A stretch of DNA of 48,214 bases, taken from the IMG/VR virus record IMGVR_UViG_3300006131_000280. One strand, 5' to 3'. The number at the start of each line of letters is the position of its first letter. The stretch's first letter is position 1. This document shows, piece by piece, positions 36,042 through 44,142 of the stretch. The DNA comes from a virus. The translations under genes and the position numbers were made by a program. Under the pieces are notes generated by a model. It saw only the letters and a program-made list of their open reading frames with translations. It ran no database searches and was not told the origin of the DNA.

Positions 36042-36576
36042 TTGTATCCACTCTCCAGTCTTTATTAGTAATTTTATTTTTCATATTAGTACGATGTGGG
36101 GTATATGCGTCTTTACCTGTCATAGTTCCCATCTTTTTTGCTGTCTCTTCAGCTGTCTTTCCCGGTAAATCGTCAATCTTGCTCTGCAAATCACTCAAAC
36201 TAGCATTTAACTGATTAATATTACTTTCAATCCCTTCATTGATACCAGCTATTGACACTACTGTTTTATCTAATTCTTTCGCTGTCATTTCAATTTGCTC
36301 TTTAATATGTTCCGTTTTCCCCTCTCCTGTGATACTTAAAATTATTGCTAAAACAGACAATATTATTGAAGTTATTGTGCCTGCAAATGATACCCATTCT
36401 GGAAATTTTGGATGACTTGCCGTTTTAGTAGCTATCATCCATACAATAATTGCTATTGCAATACAAGATATGTAGCGCATATGTAATTTTATTCTCTCAT
36501 TTTCTAACTTTAAATTATATTCGTCGAATGTTTTAGGCACTTCTTTGCATTCACTACATTTCTTAAATCCAAACAT
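36031..36576 (-). CDS. Hypothetical two-TM membrane protein with coiled-coil C-terminus (181 aa), AT-rich accessory gene A
   Basis: TM segments ISCIAIAIIVWMIATKTA and VSFAGTITSIILSVLAIILSI. GGAGGG RBS. Confidence 0.7.
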   Translation of the reverse strand: MFGFKKCSECKEVPKTFDEYNLKLENERIKLHMRYISCIAIAIIVWMIATKTASHPKFPEWVSFAGTITSIILSVLAIILSITGEGKTEHIKEQIEMTAKELDKTVVSIAGINEGIESNINQLNASLSDLQSKIDDLPGKTAEETAKKMGTMTGKDAYTPHRTNMKNKITNKDWRVDTNGK

Positions 36577-36623
36577 AATAGTTTCCCTCCAATTTTATGT
36601 AAATTATCCTATCACAAAATCCG

Positions 36624-36656
36624 ACAAAAGAAAAGCACCTATCTATCGACAGGCGC
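36624..36656 (-). terminator. Terminator downstream of the tRNA-like element
   Basis: Minus strand: GCGCCT-N10-AGGTGC followed by TTTTCTTTT. Confidence 0.5.
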
Positions 36657-36685
36657 TTATTAAGGGGAGAAAATATTGTAACAAA

Positions 36686-36738
36686 CGGCAGCTCCAGGAG
36701 TCGAACCTGGTTCCAGGGCGTCACCCTGGCCATCTGCC
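36686..36738 (-). ncRNA. tRNA-like element lacking a D arm (anticodon-like loop GUGACGC)
   Basis: GGCAGAT-GG-CCAGG-GTGACGC-CCTGG-AA-CCAGG-TTCGACT-CCTGG-AGCTGCC-G. The T arm is canonical. The acceptor pairs at 6 of 7 positions. No D arm and only a 2-nt variable region. Confidence 0.3.
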
Positions 36739-36845
36739 CTGAATGGTGTGCTTCGATATTACCTAGCGGAGTCTCGGACTGTAAAGCGGGGGAGAGGAGC
36801 CCCCGGTTGCTTGCCTTTGGCTCCCATAATACACTCTACCAAATT

Positions 36846-37322
36846 TTATCGGGACATTGGGGGACATTTGCAAATTTTTTCAAAAAATCTTTGTCTTCGC
36901 TTCTTCACATTTTCATCCGTATACTTAATTTTCCGCTTTGGGAATATCTGATTCATCCGGTCGGCCACCTTGGCATCACTTAATCCGTCGATAAAATACA
37001 GCCGAAACATGATTCGAAGCTCTGCTTTCGGAATCGTTTCTATGTACTCCTCCGCCTGACAGGTCAGCTCTAAGAGCTCTGCCTCCTTTGCCTCCAGCCG
37101 CTTCCGGTATCGTTCCCGCAGTCCATACTTCCGGTAGTATTCCGGATTTGGGATACCGGAGATCTTGATCGGTCCAATCGTTCCGTCTCTTCGGGTCCCC
37201 CGTACGGTATCTGACACAATCGGAGGGTTCTGCAGGAACCGGTCCAACTTCTTGATTCGCTCCCTTAAATCTTTAATCTCTTCCATAAAGTCACTGTATT
37301 GGACTAATATGTTCTGGTCCAC
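36846..37322 (-). CDS. ArpU/RinA-type late transcriptional regulator (sigma-70 region-4-like HTH)
   Basis: C-terminal MFRLYFIDGLSDAKVADRMN is HTH-like. It sits in the usual position upstream of the packaging module. Confidence 0.6.
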   Translation of the reverse strand: MDQNILVQYSDFMEEIKDLRERIKKLDRFLQNPPIVSDTVRGTRRDGTIGPIKISGIPNPEYYRKYGLRERYRKRLEAKEAELLELTCQAEEYIETIPKAELRIMFRLYFIDGLSDAKVADRMNQIFPKRKIKYTDENVKKRRQRFFEKICKCPPMSR

Positions 37323-37338
37323 TGGTCTCCCCTCCTCG

Positions 37339-37752
37339 CTATTTCGCCCGCGGCTTGTATGTACGTTCTCCTTCCAAATACTCTTCCTCTTTCCTCTGGC
37401 GTCCCAGGAGTTGACGCATCTTGTTTAAGATTTTCCGATTCTCTGGATCCTCAAAGAACTTGACTACCTGCTCATCTCTCTTCATAAGATCCTTCATTCT
37501 GCGCCGCTGCTTTCTGCTAGTTTGTAATCTTGTGGCAACACGGTTCCTCCCAGCCCTGTCGCCGGCAAACTCCATCTCATGAAGCAGATCCTGCGGGCGC
37601 TTGTCTTCCTCTTCCATACCATCACACGCCCATCGATACTCCTGGGTACAGGCGTCCACGAAATTCAGAAAGCCGGAAATATTTTCTGAAGGATTTTTCC
37701 GTTTCTCTATGAGAGCCACCTCCTGTTCTCCGAGCATGTGCCTCCCGGACAT
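37339..37752 (-). CDS. Hypothetical protein (137 aa)
   Basis: Track ORF in the minus-strand operon. Confidence 0.55.
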   Translation of the reverse strand: MSGRHMLGEQEVALIEKRKNPSENISGFLNFVDACTQEYRWACDGMEEEDKRPQDLLHEMEFAGDRAGRNRVATRLQTSRKQRRRMKDLMKRDEQVVKFFEDPENRKILNKMRQLLGRQRKEEEYLEGERTYKPRAK

Positions 37753-37760
37753 CTATAATA

Positions 37761-37946
37761 TTACCAATACCATCCTTTCTCATCTACGATCGTAATCTTT
37801 CCCAGGATCCGCAGATGAAAGATTATGCACATCGCTTTTAGCATTTTCCGAAACAGGATCACATTTTCCGGCGGCCGATCTGCCCGCCGGATGGCAGCTT
37901 CTGCTGTCGGATCCGGATAACCCTCTTTGTTTTTATGCAATATCAT
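37761..37946 (-). CDS. Small hypothetical protein (about 60 aa)
   Basis: Track ORF. GAGGAGGA abuts ATG 37946, so TTG 37940 may be the true start. Confidence 0.5.
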   Translation of the reverse strand: MILHKNKEGYPDPTAEAAIRRADRPPENVILFRKMLKAMCIIFHLRILGKITIVDEKGWYW

Positions 37947-37999
37947 TCCTCCTCATACATTTTTCCTTAACTGCCCATACTATCTCTGGAGGTGATCTC

Positions 38000-38155
38000 A
38001 TGCAGCATAATTCAACGAATACCGACCGATATGGCGATGGTGATATCCCGGAAATCGATGTTGAGCCATACCGTGACGGAAGCCATGTTGTTACGCCGGC
38101 AGAACCAGCTTCTAAGTCGGCTCGCGAATGCCATAATGGCCCTTACGGGGAATAG
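38000..38155 (+). CDS. Possible small acidic protein (51 aa, below the track cutoff)
   Basis: GGAGGTGA lies 4 nt before ATG 38000. Hand translation: MQHNSTNTDRYGDGDIPEIDVEPYRDGSHVVTPAEPASKSARECHNGPYGE. It fills a 250-nt gap between minus-strand genes. No clear promoter. Confidence 0.3.
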   Translation: MQHNSTNTDRYGDGDIPEIDVEPYRDGSHVVTPAEPASKSARECHNGPYGE

Positions 38156-38194
38156 AGGCTTTATGCCTCTACTTCCTCCGGACAGCGCAAAATC

Positions 38195-38422
38195 TTACTT
38201 CTCCATTCCTGTCGCTTTTAACATCGCCTCCATTTCTTTCAGCTCACACATATTCAGATCGCCGATCCGCACAGCATTCCAGCTGCATCCATCGCAGTCT
38301 TTCCACTCACAATCTGCAAGTTCTGCCATCCTGACACACTCCGTATAGTCCTTCCTCATCTCATCTGACACATAAACCTTAAGCTCCAGATGTGGAGCCG
38401 GAAACAGTCTTATCCTCTTCAC
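38195..38422 (-). CDS. Hypothetical Cys-rich small protein (75 aa from GTG)
   Basis: GAGGGAG lies 6 nt before GTG 38422. ...ECVRMAELADCEWKDCDGCSWNAV... The 5' part of track ORF 38195..38518 overlaps the previous gene and is probably non-coding. Confidence 0.45.
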   Translation of the reverse strand: MKRIRLFPAPHLELKVYVSDEMRKDYTECVRMAELADCEWKDCDGCSWNAVRIGDLNMCELKEMEAMLKATGMEK

Positions 38423-38442
38423 TGGCTTCTCCCTCCATCTTC

Positions 38443-38784
38443 TTAAAACCCCATCTGGCCTTCCGAATCGCCAGAAGCTTCCCCATACTGTCTTTCTCCA
38501 TTTGGCACCGGCACCCACAAGGCTGGAGGTCTGTTGAGGGCAGTTTCCCCCAGCTGCCCTTCCTCTTTGCTGGGAGCCGGACCTTCAATCTCCTCTTTCA
38601 CCATAGGTACTTCCATTGCGGGTTCCTGACGAAGGAAAAGAACATCGCTTAACATGTTTTGTAACGTATCCGGTTCCATGTTCTCCCATCCGGTTCCCGG
38701 GCCAATCGGCGCCATTGTCTTGATTTCCATTCCCCTGGAAGCTAACTCAAATGCTGTCTTCATATCGATCTGCTTTATAAACAT
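38443..38784 (-). CDS. Hypothetical protein (113 aa from internal ATG)
   Basis: GGAGGG lies 4 nt before ATG 38784. Overlaps the sigma gene stop by 10 nt. Confidence 0.5.
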   Translation of the reverse strand: MFIKQIDMKTAFELASRGMEIKTMAPIGPGTGWENMEPDTLQNMLSDVLFLRQEPAMEVPMVKEEIEGPAPSKEEGQLGETALNRPPALWVPVPNGERQYGEASGDSEGQMGF

Positions 38785-39311
38785 AATTCCCTCCTGAGCT
38801 TTCTCCTGATTTTCCTCAAACATTTGGATACATAAGACTGGCTGCATCCAAGTCTCTCTGCATAATCACTCTGCGTCCTTCCCGGATTCCGGATAAGCTC
38901 CCTGAACAGTTTCTGCTCCATTCCGAAGAGTGTCTTGTCCATGTTTTCAACCGCCTCCCTGCAGTTCAACAGTCCTTCCAGCTCTCTTACAAATTGTTGC
39001 TTATCCGGCAACATGTCCTTCAGACAAATCCTTTCATCATCCAGACCAGCCGGCTCCTCAAAATGTACAAGTCCCAGATGCTTGTGTTCCTTCCGGTACC
39101 CCATCCGAATCTCATTCTTCATGGCGGCCGTGGCGAGGGTTGCAAACTTGATCCCTTTATCTGGATCATAGATTCCCGCTGCCTTGGTAAGCCCCAATAG
39201 CGCCAGCGACACCTTCTCCGCATTTTCCAGCGGAATCATGCTCCTATGCGCCACATAATAAGCCAGCCTGATATTTTCTTCTGCCAGTTTTTTCTGAACC
39301 TCTGTCAGCAT
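38775..39311 (-). CDS. Sigma-70 family (ECF-size) RNA polymerase sigma factor
   Basis: Region-2-like IRLAYYVAHR...GLTKAAGIYDP...FATLATAAMKNEI. Region-4 HTH RTQSDYAERLGCSQSYVSKCLRKIRRKL. Confidence 0.75.
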   Translation of the reverse strand: MLTEVQKKLAEENIRLAYYVAHRSMIPLENAEKVSLALLGLTKAAGIYDPDKGIKFATLATAAMKNEIRMGYRKEHKHLGLVHFEEPAGLDDERICLKDMLPDKQQFVRELEGLLNCREAVENMDKTLFGMEQKLFRELIRNPGRTQSDYAERLGCSQSYVSKCLRKIRRKLRRELCL

Positions 39312-39374
39312 AATCCTTTTTCAACGAGTGGCCACCCATTTACCGCGGATTATCTACTTCCTCCTATAACTGTC

Positions 39375-39590
39375 TTATCTTGACTCCTCTTCCAGAAGTG
39401 AAAACGCTGCCAGCATCAGCCTGGCACATATCGTTGAATTACTGTTCTTTCGCATGATGTCCGCAAACTCTCTGGTTGCTTCTTCCCACATTCCAGGCTC
39501 TGCCGGGCGCCCATGATATTTCTGGTAAAACACATAAGAGTCACACCATGCTGCTTTCGCCATGGCCGCCTGTTCTTCCCTTCTCGTCAT
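39375..39590 (-). CDS. Hypothetical protein (71 aa from internal ATG)
   Basis: ATG 39590 forms an ATGA overlap with the helicase stop. Confidence 0.5.
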   Translation of the reverse strand: MTRREEQAAMAKAAWCDSYVFYQKYHGRPAEPGMWEEATREFADIMRKNSNSTICARLMLAAFSLLEEESR

Positions 39591-40978
39591 AAGATGCACC
39601 CCGCTTTTCTGTAATGGGTTCTGCGCCTCCGGTACTGATTCTGGCAAAAAACGATATCATCAACATAATCATAACAGACCGCCTCTTCTTTTCCGTCAAA
39701 TACCCGGGCGACTCGGCCTACGCTCTGGGCCACAACCGCAAAATCTTTTTTCGGAGTGGTCATATAGAGACGGTCCAGCCTTGGGATATCCAGTCCCTCC
39801 TTGGCCAGTCCGAAAGAAGCAAACAGGAAATGCTTTTCCCCGGTCCTCATGTCCTCGATCGCCTGCTCTCGCGCCTTTCTCGCTCTCCCACTACTCATTT
39901 TTCCATCAATCATGGCAGCTCGGGACCTGCACTCCTCTGGAAGCATTTCCATTAACACCCGCAGGTGCTCCAGGCGATCCGAAAGAATCAGATTGTAATG
40001 GGCTGCATTATTTACCAGATCTTTTGCAACCATCCGGTTCCTTTCCAAATTTTCCGTGAGATACGGGATCAGTTTCGCATGATCCAGGGTTCCATCCGTA
40101 TCCAGACACTCACGTTTTACTTTGATTCCTGTATCCCTCTGGATAATCCGGACCCTGACCGTCTTTTCTGCAACTGCTTCATCCGAAATCTCATATCCCA
40201 CTGGTCCAATCACCGCGAACGTGCTTTTAATCAGGCCATCCGAGCGATGCACTGTGGCTGACAAGCCATATTTGTATCTCGCTGCCAGACTGTTTAACAC
40301 CTTATAAAACATCGTCACAGTAGTCGGAGTCCCTGCCAGTCGGTGACACTCGTCTACAATCACCACATCCCAAGTATTCCGGTACTTTTCCAGGTCGAGC
40401 TTGTACAGGGTCTGAATGGTGGCAAACGTCATGTGGCTTCCAATCTGCACTTTTCCTGCTGTGATTTTCCCCAGTGTCTCCTTTGGGAAATATTGTGCTG
40501 CCCGATCATAGGACTGAGATAGCAGGTCCTGTGTATGTGTGATCCAGAGTGTCCTCCGCGATATTTTCGCAGCCAGGGCAATTCCCATCTGTGTCTTCCC
40601 GGATCCACATGGACTCTTTAATATCCCGCAGCTGTTCCTGCTCATCTCTTCCACTGCCGGTACCTGATAATCATACAGAGGAACTTTTCCGCTATACGCA
40701 AGCTTCCCATTGTCTGCAAGTTCAACCCGGACCTGGTCTCCGGTTCCAAGAAACTTCCGGATATCCCGACCAACACCAACTGGAACCACCAGTTCATCTC
40801 CCTCTATCCGGTACAGCCAAAGATATTCCGGTGTGTTCCCTGTCCAGAAACCCCTCCTTTTTCGCTCCTCATACTCCTGGTTCTTAAGGAGCAGGTTTTC
40901 TCTGCACCAGTCCTGAAGTAACTTACTGGAATTTCGAATCCGGATTTCTGCCCCGATCACAACCTGCATTTTCATCAC
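39587..40978 (-). CDS. SF2 (DEAD/DEAH-box, ResIII-type) helicase
   Basis: Motif I SPCGSGKT, motif II VIVDECHRL, motif III SAT, plus a C-terminal helicase domain. Confidence 0.85.
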   Translation of the reverse strand: MMKMQVVIGAEIRIRNSSKLLQDWCRENLLLKNQEYEERKRRGFWTGNTPEYLWLYRIEGDELVVPVGVGRDIRKFLGTGDQVRVELADNGKLAYSGKVPLYDYQVPAVEEMSRNSCGILKSPCGSGKTQMGIALAAKISRRTLWITHTQDLLSQSYDRAAQYFPKETLGKITAGKVQIGSHMTFATIQTLYKLDLEKYRNTWDVVIVDECHRLAGTPTTVTMFYKVLNSLAARYKYGLSATVHRSDGLIKSTFAVIGPVGYEISDEAVAEKTVRVRIIQRDTGIKVKRECLDTDGTLDHAKLIPYLTENLERNRMVAKDLVNNAAHYNLILSDRLEHLRVLMEMLPEECRSRAAMIDGKMSSGRARKAREQAIEDMRTGEKHFLFASFGLAKEGLDIPRLDRLYMTTPKKDFAVVAQSVGRVARVFDGKEEAVCYDYVDDIVFCQNQYRRRRTHYRKAGCIL

Positions 40979-41399
40979 CTTCCTCTTCTGAACTCCATTC
41001 TAAGAGCCACTTTTCCAGCCTCACTCCCTGTGTTTTGCAAACGGTCTCATCAACTTTCTTAAAACCTGTATCTCGCATCTTTTTCAGTATCTGATAACCC
41101 ACCAGATAGATGTGTCCTGTCGGGAATCGAATTGCAAACATGCCAGGCGCATTGCCGAATATTTCAAACAGTGTCATAGCATTTAACTGATTTTCTTCCA
41201 TTCGACTTAACCAAAAATATTTCGTTTCACAATCCTTGCAGTCGATCAGGAATGCTTTTCCGTTCTTCGCTGCCACTACATCGCAAGGCTGACCATTTTT
41301 ATTCTCCTGAAATAGGTGGACCCAAAACCAGTTATCTGATAAAATGGAGGCAAAGTCTTTTTCAAAACCCGTGCCCGTACTTTTATTGCTCATAAGCAC
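40923..41399 (-). CDS. RecU/Hjc-like PD-(D/E)xK Holliday junction resolvase
   Basis: GFEKDF...CDVVAAKNGKAFLIDCKDC (D...D/E-x-K). Confidence 0.6.
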   Translation of the reverse strand: MLMSNKSTGTGFEKDFASILSDNWFWVHLFQENKNGQPCDVVAAKNGKAFLIDCKDCETKYFWLSRMEENQLNAMTLFEIFGNAPGMFAIRFPTGHIYLVGYQILKKMRDTGFKKVDETVCKTQGVRLEKWLLEWSSEEEGDENAGCDRGRNPDSKFQ

Positions 41400-41413
41400 C
41401 CCTTTTCATTGTT

Positions 41414-41687
41414 GTCTAACCCTTTTCCCCATCCGACTAACCGCATTTGGGGCTGAAAAGGGCCCGCAAACCCTTGATTTTACTGGATGGCTAACCGTCT
41501 AACCTAAAATCCGGTTGCATAACTATAAATTTTATGAAGAGAAAAAAATACACGTTTTTTTCCTCGCGCGTATATATATTAAAAATGGTTAGACAGGTTA
41601 GATGGTTAGACATTATATAAAAAAGCCTTATTTTATGCGGGTTTCAATGGCTAACCTTGTGACTAACCTTAAATGCTGTGGTTAGCC
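41414..41687. repeat. Iteron cluster, putative replication origin
   Basis: Ten copies of the 8-mer G[GTA]CTAACC or its complement GGTTAG[AC][CT], at 41414, 41435, 41489, 41497, 41587, 41596, 41604, 41649, 41661 and 41680. They flank an AT-rich core (41521..41586). Adjacent to the helicase/primase genes. Confidence 0.7.
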
Positions 41688-41693
41688 ATAATC

Positions 41694-43592
41694 CTAGTCA
41701 AAGGGCAAGGACCCTTGTACAAATTCAGCACTCACAAATTCTGTCTCTTCCTCCATCTTGTCCTCCTCTAGCAGAAGATTGAGCTTTATATAGCTGGATT
41801 TGATGCCATATACCCTTGTACTGTGAATAAACTTTCCCTGGGAATTTCGCACCAGATAACCTTTCTCTGACCACTTCTTACTGACCGCTGTATAGTCAAA
41901 TCCACTCTTATTCAGGTATTCCAGAAGTACATCCCGATTGACTACCAGGATATTTCCGTCAATCTTCCCCCAGACCTCCCCTTTGTTCGAAGAATCCGCC
42001 GCTTTCGGGTCTTCAAATCTCACCGGGTTTTTTGCCGCCCAGTTTAAAACGGACTGGTAAGCCCGCTCTGCCACATCCACTTCCATAGCGCTCTGCAGGT
42101 ATTTTTTTACCTGACTCACAGTTAACGGGGCTTCTCCCGGAAAGAACAGCTGTACAGCCAGTTCATCCGCCAGGAGAAGACATGCCATAGCCATCGCCTG
42201 CTTGTCAGTTGTATCCAGCCGGCATAGGGAATCAAACAGCTCCCGGTATCTGATAGTAAGCTTTCCTATCTCCGCATCCTGGATGTATTCAACTAGTTTT
42301 TTTCCCGCAAAGCCGTAGTTCTCCTGTACCACGCTGCTGACATAATGGCCATCATCCACAAGCGGTCCATCAATGGCAATCTCGATAACACGGTTCTTAC
42401 TCCCTCCCCCGGAGTTCACCTTCGTGATCGGTTCTTCTCCGGTGAACAGGAAGCTGTTTTTCCATGTTCTGGTTTCTTCCACGCCCCCGTAAGCCCTGGC
42501 ACGGCCTCTGTCCACGCCTTCTGTGATCTGGTAGATCAGCTGGTCAAAATTTCCTTGCCATTTATCCTTAATCGTCTGGAGCTCATCCCCGGCAAATGGA
42601 AGACTGCATAAAAAGGCAGCGTTCCGCATGATGGCATTCCGGGTCATGTTCATGGTCTTTACCAAACCACCCATCTTCGGATTCCCCCAGATACTCATGG
42701 CCACCATTAGTGCAACTGTTTTGCAGGTTCCCGTGATACCCCAGATATGCAGGACAAACGGAAGGACTCTTAAAGGCTCCAGCAGGACGGATGCGAAGCT
42801 GGCCGCCATCATCATACGGAGGGCAAGATTCTTTCGCAGAGAGGCACACAGGGCCTTCCAGGTATCAAAACTTCCGGCCTCCGCCACGTTCTTAAAGATT
42901 GCCTCATAGTCGATGTCTCCCTCATACCGGATATCCTCCGCATACGGGGTAAACGAATTTCCCACCCATCCCAGACGGTTAATGGACTTCTTCGGGTTCA
43001 GGGTCAAAGGATTCAGGCCTACACAGTCCGAGATGTACCGGACCAGACTTTTCGCATTGTCCGAGGTTACCTCAATCCCATACTGGCTCAACGCATCCAC
43101 AATCTTGCTCACATTAGCGCAGACGCTCCGGTCAACGGTGATCTTTTGCCACGCAGCAGACTTATAGTAAGCCAATGAGATCCGCTCTTCATAGGTATCT
43201 ACATTCTTTAAGATCTCCACAGGGAGGATCGGATGGCTGCATGCAAGGATCGGAATTGGATTAAAGTTCTTATCATACCGTGTAGTCTTTACCCCAAAAT
43301 CATTTGCGAGCCATTCTCCGCAGGCCAGTTCCACTGGCTGATCCGTAAACTTCGTCTTGTTTCCGGTTTGCTTCATTCTCTGCATATAATCCAGTTGATA
43401 CTGCTTGAAGAGATTGTTGAACTCCGTGATCCGCTTCAATTCCCTGGCTATATTCCTAAGAGACTCTATGTACCGCTGTCTTTCTACACTGTCTTCCATT
43501 TCAAAAATGGCATAGAACAACTCATCCGGAAATGGTTCCGTCCGTTTCAGTGCAGTCATACCAGTCAATAACTCGTCTTTCGATCTCTCCAA
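41694..43592 (-). CDS. DUF927-type SF3 replicative helicase / primase-associated protein
   Basis: Walker A GITGTCKT followed by SIWGNPKMGGLVKTMNMTRNAIMRNAAFLCSLPFAGDELQ, the DUF927 pattern. Confidence 0.7.
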   Translation of the reverse strand: MERSKDELLTGMTALKRTEPFPDELFYAIFEMEDSVERQRYIESLRNIARELKRITEFNNLFKQYQLDYMQRMKQTGNKTKFTDQPVELACGEWLANDFGVKTTRYDKNFNPIPILACSHPILPVEILKNVDTYEERISLAYYKSAAWQKITVDRSVCANVSKIVDALSQYGIEVTSDNAKSLVRYISDCVGLNPLTLNPKKSINRLGWVGNSFTPYAEDIRYEGDIDYEAIFKNVAEAGSFDTWKALCASLRKNLALRMMMAASFASVLLEPLRVLPFVLHIWGITGTCKTVALMVAMSIWGNPKMGGLVKTMNMTRNAIMRNAAFLCSLPFAGDELQTIKDKWQGNFDQLIYQITEGVDRGRARAYGGVEETRTWKNSFLFTGEEPITKVNSGGGSKNRVIEIAIDGPLVDDGHYVSSVVQENYGFAGKKLVEYIQDAEIGKLTIRYRELFDSLCRLDTTDKQAMAMACLLLADELAVQLFFPGEAPLTVSQVKKYLQSAMEVDVAERAYQSVLNWAAKNPVRFEDPKAADSSNKGEVWGKIDGNILVVNRDVLLEYLNKSGFDYTAVSKKWSEKGYLVRNSQGKFIHSTRVYGIKSSYIKLNLLLEEDKMEEETEFVSAEFVQGSLPFD

Positions 43593-44142
43593 TCCGTCTC
43601 ACCGCCTTCTGGTCTTTGTACACATCTTCCGGGCAGGAATCCAGGCATTCCAATAGGTAATCCACATGATCCAAGTTCTGTAGGCTTTCTGCAAAATGCC
43701 GGTCCCGTACATCCCGCCGCGCCTCACATAACAGGATCCGGTACATCTGAAGGAACAGCTTTGCATGCCGAATAAACTGGTCCATGGCACAGCGGCGGTT
43801 CCTGGCAAGCGCTGCCTCTCTCTTCTCCCGATATGTGGCAGGCTCCTGCAGGGGCACATGGAATGCCCCTGCAAGCTCTTTTGCAGCTTCTTCATTGCGG
43901 ATGCCGCGGTACAGTGCTGTAAACTTGATCTGGTCCCCGCCGGCGCCGCAGGTAAAGCAGTAAAACCCCTTTCCATTAGGATAAATCTTCATACTGGGAT
44001 GTTTGTCTTGATGGAAAGGGCATAAACACAACCCCCTCCGGTCTACCTGCAATCCAAAATATTCCACCGTCTGCTGCATGGTCATGGATTCCTTCACCTT
44101 TCGGAACAGCTCCGGGTCCTTACATGAACGGGATTCCCTCAT
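43522..44142 (-). CDS. CHC2 zinc-finger DNA primase-like protein
   Basis: CPFHQDKHPSMKIYPNGKGFYCFTCGAGGD. Confidence 0.75.
   Translation of the reverse strand: MRESRSCKDPELFRKVKESMTMQQTVEYFGLQVDRRGLCLCPFHQDKHPSMKIYPNGKGFYCFTCGAGGDQIKFTALYRGIRNEEAAKELAGAFHVPLQEPATYREKREAALARNRRCAMDQFIRHAKLFLQMYRILLCEARRDVRDRHFAESLQNLDHVDYLLECLDSCPEDVYKDQKAVRRIGEIERRVIDWYDCTETDGTISG

Noticed and set aside
37992-38348. 118-aa plus-strand track ORF.
   Set aside because: It runs antisense into the 38195..38422 gene and has a low-complexity translation. A different frame with a strong RBS (38000..38155) is the only plausible plus-strand candidate here.
38379-38588. Track ORFs 38379..38588 and the 5' half of 38195..38518, which overlap 38443..38847 in three frames.
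   Set aside because: Only two gene models have RBS-supported starts (ATG 38784 and GTG 38422). The remaining overlapping frames are Arg/Trp/Gly-rich and lack RBSs.
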